Origin: Octopus sinensis | Taxonomy: Eukaryota | NCBI RefSeq assembly: GCF_006345805.1 | Contig: NW_021836136.1 | Span: 28,078-92,077 of the forward strand | Direction of reading: 5' to 3' | DNA length: 64,000 bases | Shown here: positions 63,017-64,000 of the stretch, in pieces | Position numbering within the stretch: position 1 is the first letter of the stretch | Layout of the letters: every line of letters begins with the position of its first letter | The notes under the pieces: model-generated | Databases searched by the model: none | Seen by the model: only the letters and a program-made list of their open reading frames with translations | What the model was told of the DNA's origin: nothing | Program-made: the position numbers and the translations under genes

Positions 63017-64000
63017 GATATTATTAACACAACAATAGATATGAAAAAACAAAAACAAAATCAAGAGTCATATCAAGAGTACTATACAATCAATGACTGC
63101 ATACATAGAGATTTTTCACAAAACTGTACGCACACTTTCGCTCTCACACATACACAAAAACATGCAAACCTGACACAGATACATACACCAGGCCTTTTGA
63201 AAGAGAAACAAGGCAAATATGAAAGCTATTATCACTATAATAACAACACTAAACACAACAATAATTATATGTACAAGCAGGGCAACGTACAATGTGCACC
63301 ACCTCCTTCTCATTCTGTTACATAATTAGGAAACATTATGACCCAATATTGATGAAACAGTCATAAAATGAAACAAAAAGAAATATTTTACTTCCACTAA
63401 TAACTATCATAGCTGTCAACTTCTGAATTAAATTATATTGCTCTGATATGAGGGAGTGTATTTTTACTTGCATTTCATTTTGCACACAAATAATCGTTTT
63501 GGGATGCTTGTTTTTGCTTCTTTTTCTTCCTTTCCTTTTTTTTTTTTTTGGATAGGTTGTGGCATACCCAACATATGACACCTATTGATAAGAAGCAAGC
63601 TTCATACTTGTTATCTAAGTAACCAAGAAAAATATCTTAAAGAATAAAGATATCAATCTTTTGGTAATAATTTACAATATATACAAAATTTAGTCTTCCA
63701 ACCTTCATTAGCAAAGATTCAACTGAGCAAACAAAAGTGATAAAAACAGTGGCAATGTAATGATATATTTGTGGATGCAGGTCATCAATCTTCCTTCAGT
63801 AACTAGCTGTTTTTACCTTAGGGAAATAACAGAAAAGCCAACAAAGGAGCATTTGACTTGCTAGAACTAGTCATCAAATCTCCTCAAATTACAACCTACT
63901 GTATTTAAAAGGAAAGGGACAACAGAATATGATTATCCAAATAGACTGTGCCTATCTAAAAATGACTGAGTGATTTTGGCTGGCATGCCAAAGCTCTTAA

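Noticed and set aside
1-64000. Numerous 60-170 aa ORFs in the supplied track, and CRISPR-like or other prokaryotic systems
   Set aside because: The ORFs derive from microsatellites (YIYI, CVCV, SLSL, ERER runs), SINE bodies or antisense LINE frames. No regularly spaced repeat-spacer array or prokaryotic gene organisation is present.

Overview
Strongly AT-rich, microsatellite-dense animal genomic DNA, most likely from an octopod cephalopod. That assignment is inferred from the repeat landscape and was not checked against a database. I found no confidently supported host protein-coding exon, so the window reads as a large intron or intergenic region. Most ORFs in the supplied track are microsatellite or antisense-repeat artefacts. 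The window is packed with decayed mobile elements: RTE-clade LINEs, R4/Dong-like RLE-clade LINEs, CR1-like 3' ends, several tRNA-derived SINE families, a TIR-complete but dead mariner and a hAT transposase relic. The most notable signals are: (1) a type I hammerhead ribozyme with a fully intact catalytic core at about 7159-7259, plus two degenerate hammerhead-like or structured islands; (2) a complete C4HC3 PHD-type finger inside the reverse transcriptase region of an RTE LINE; (3) a composite templated insertion in the hAT transposase, copied from two neighbouring loci; (4) a tail-to-tail pair of young SINEs able to form about 330 bp of dsRNA; (5) a 209-bp unclassified retroposed insert with a perfect 13-bp TSD. 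A few low-confidence splice-signal-defined micro-exon candidates are also listed. Boundaries of decayed elements are approximate.
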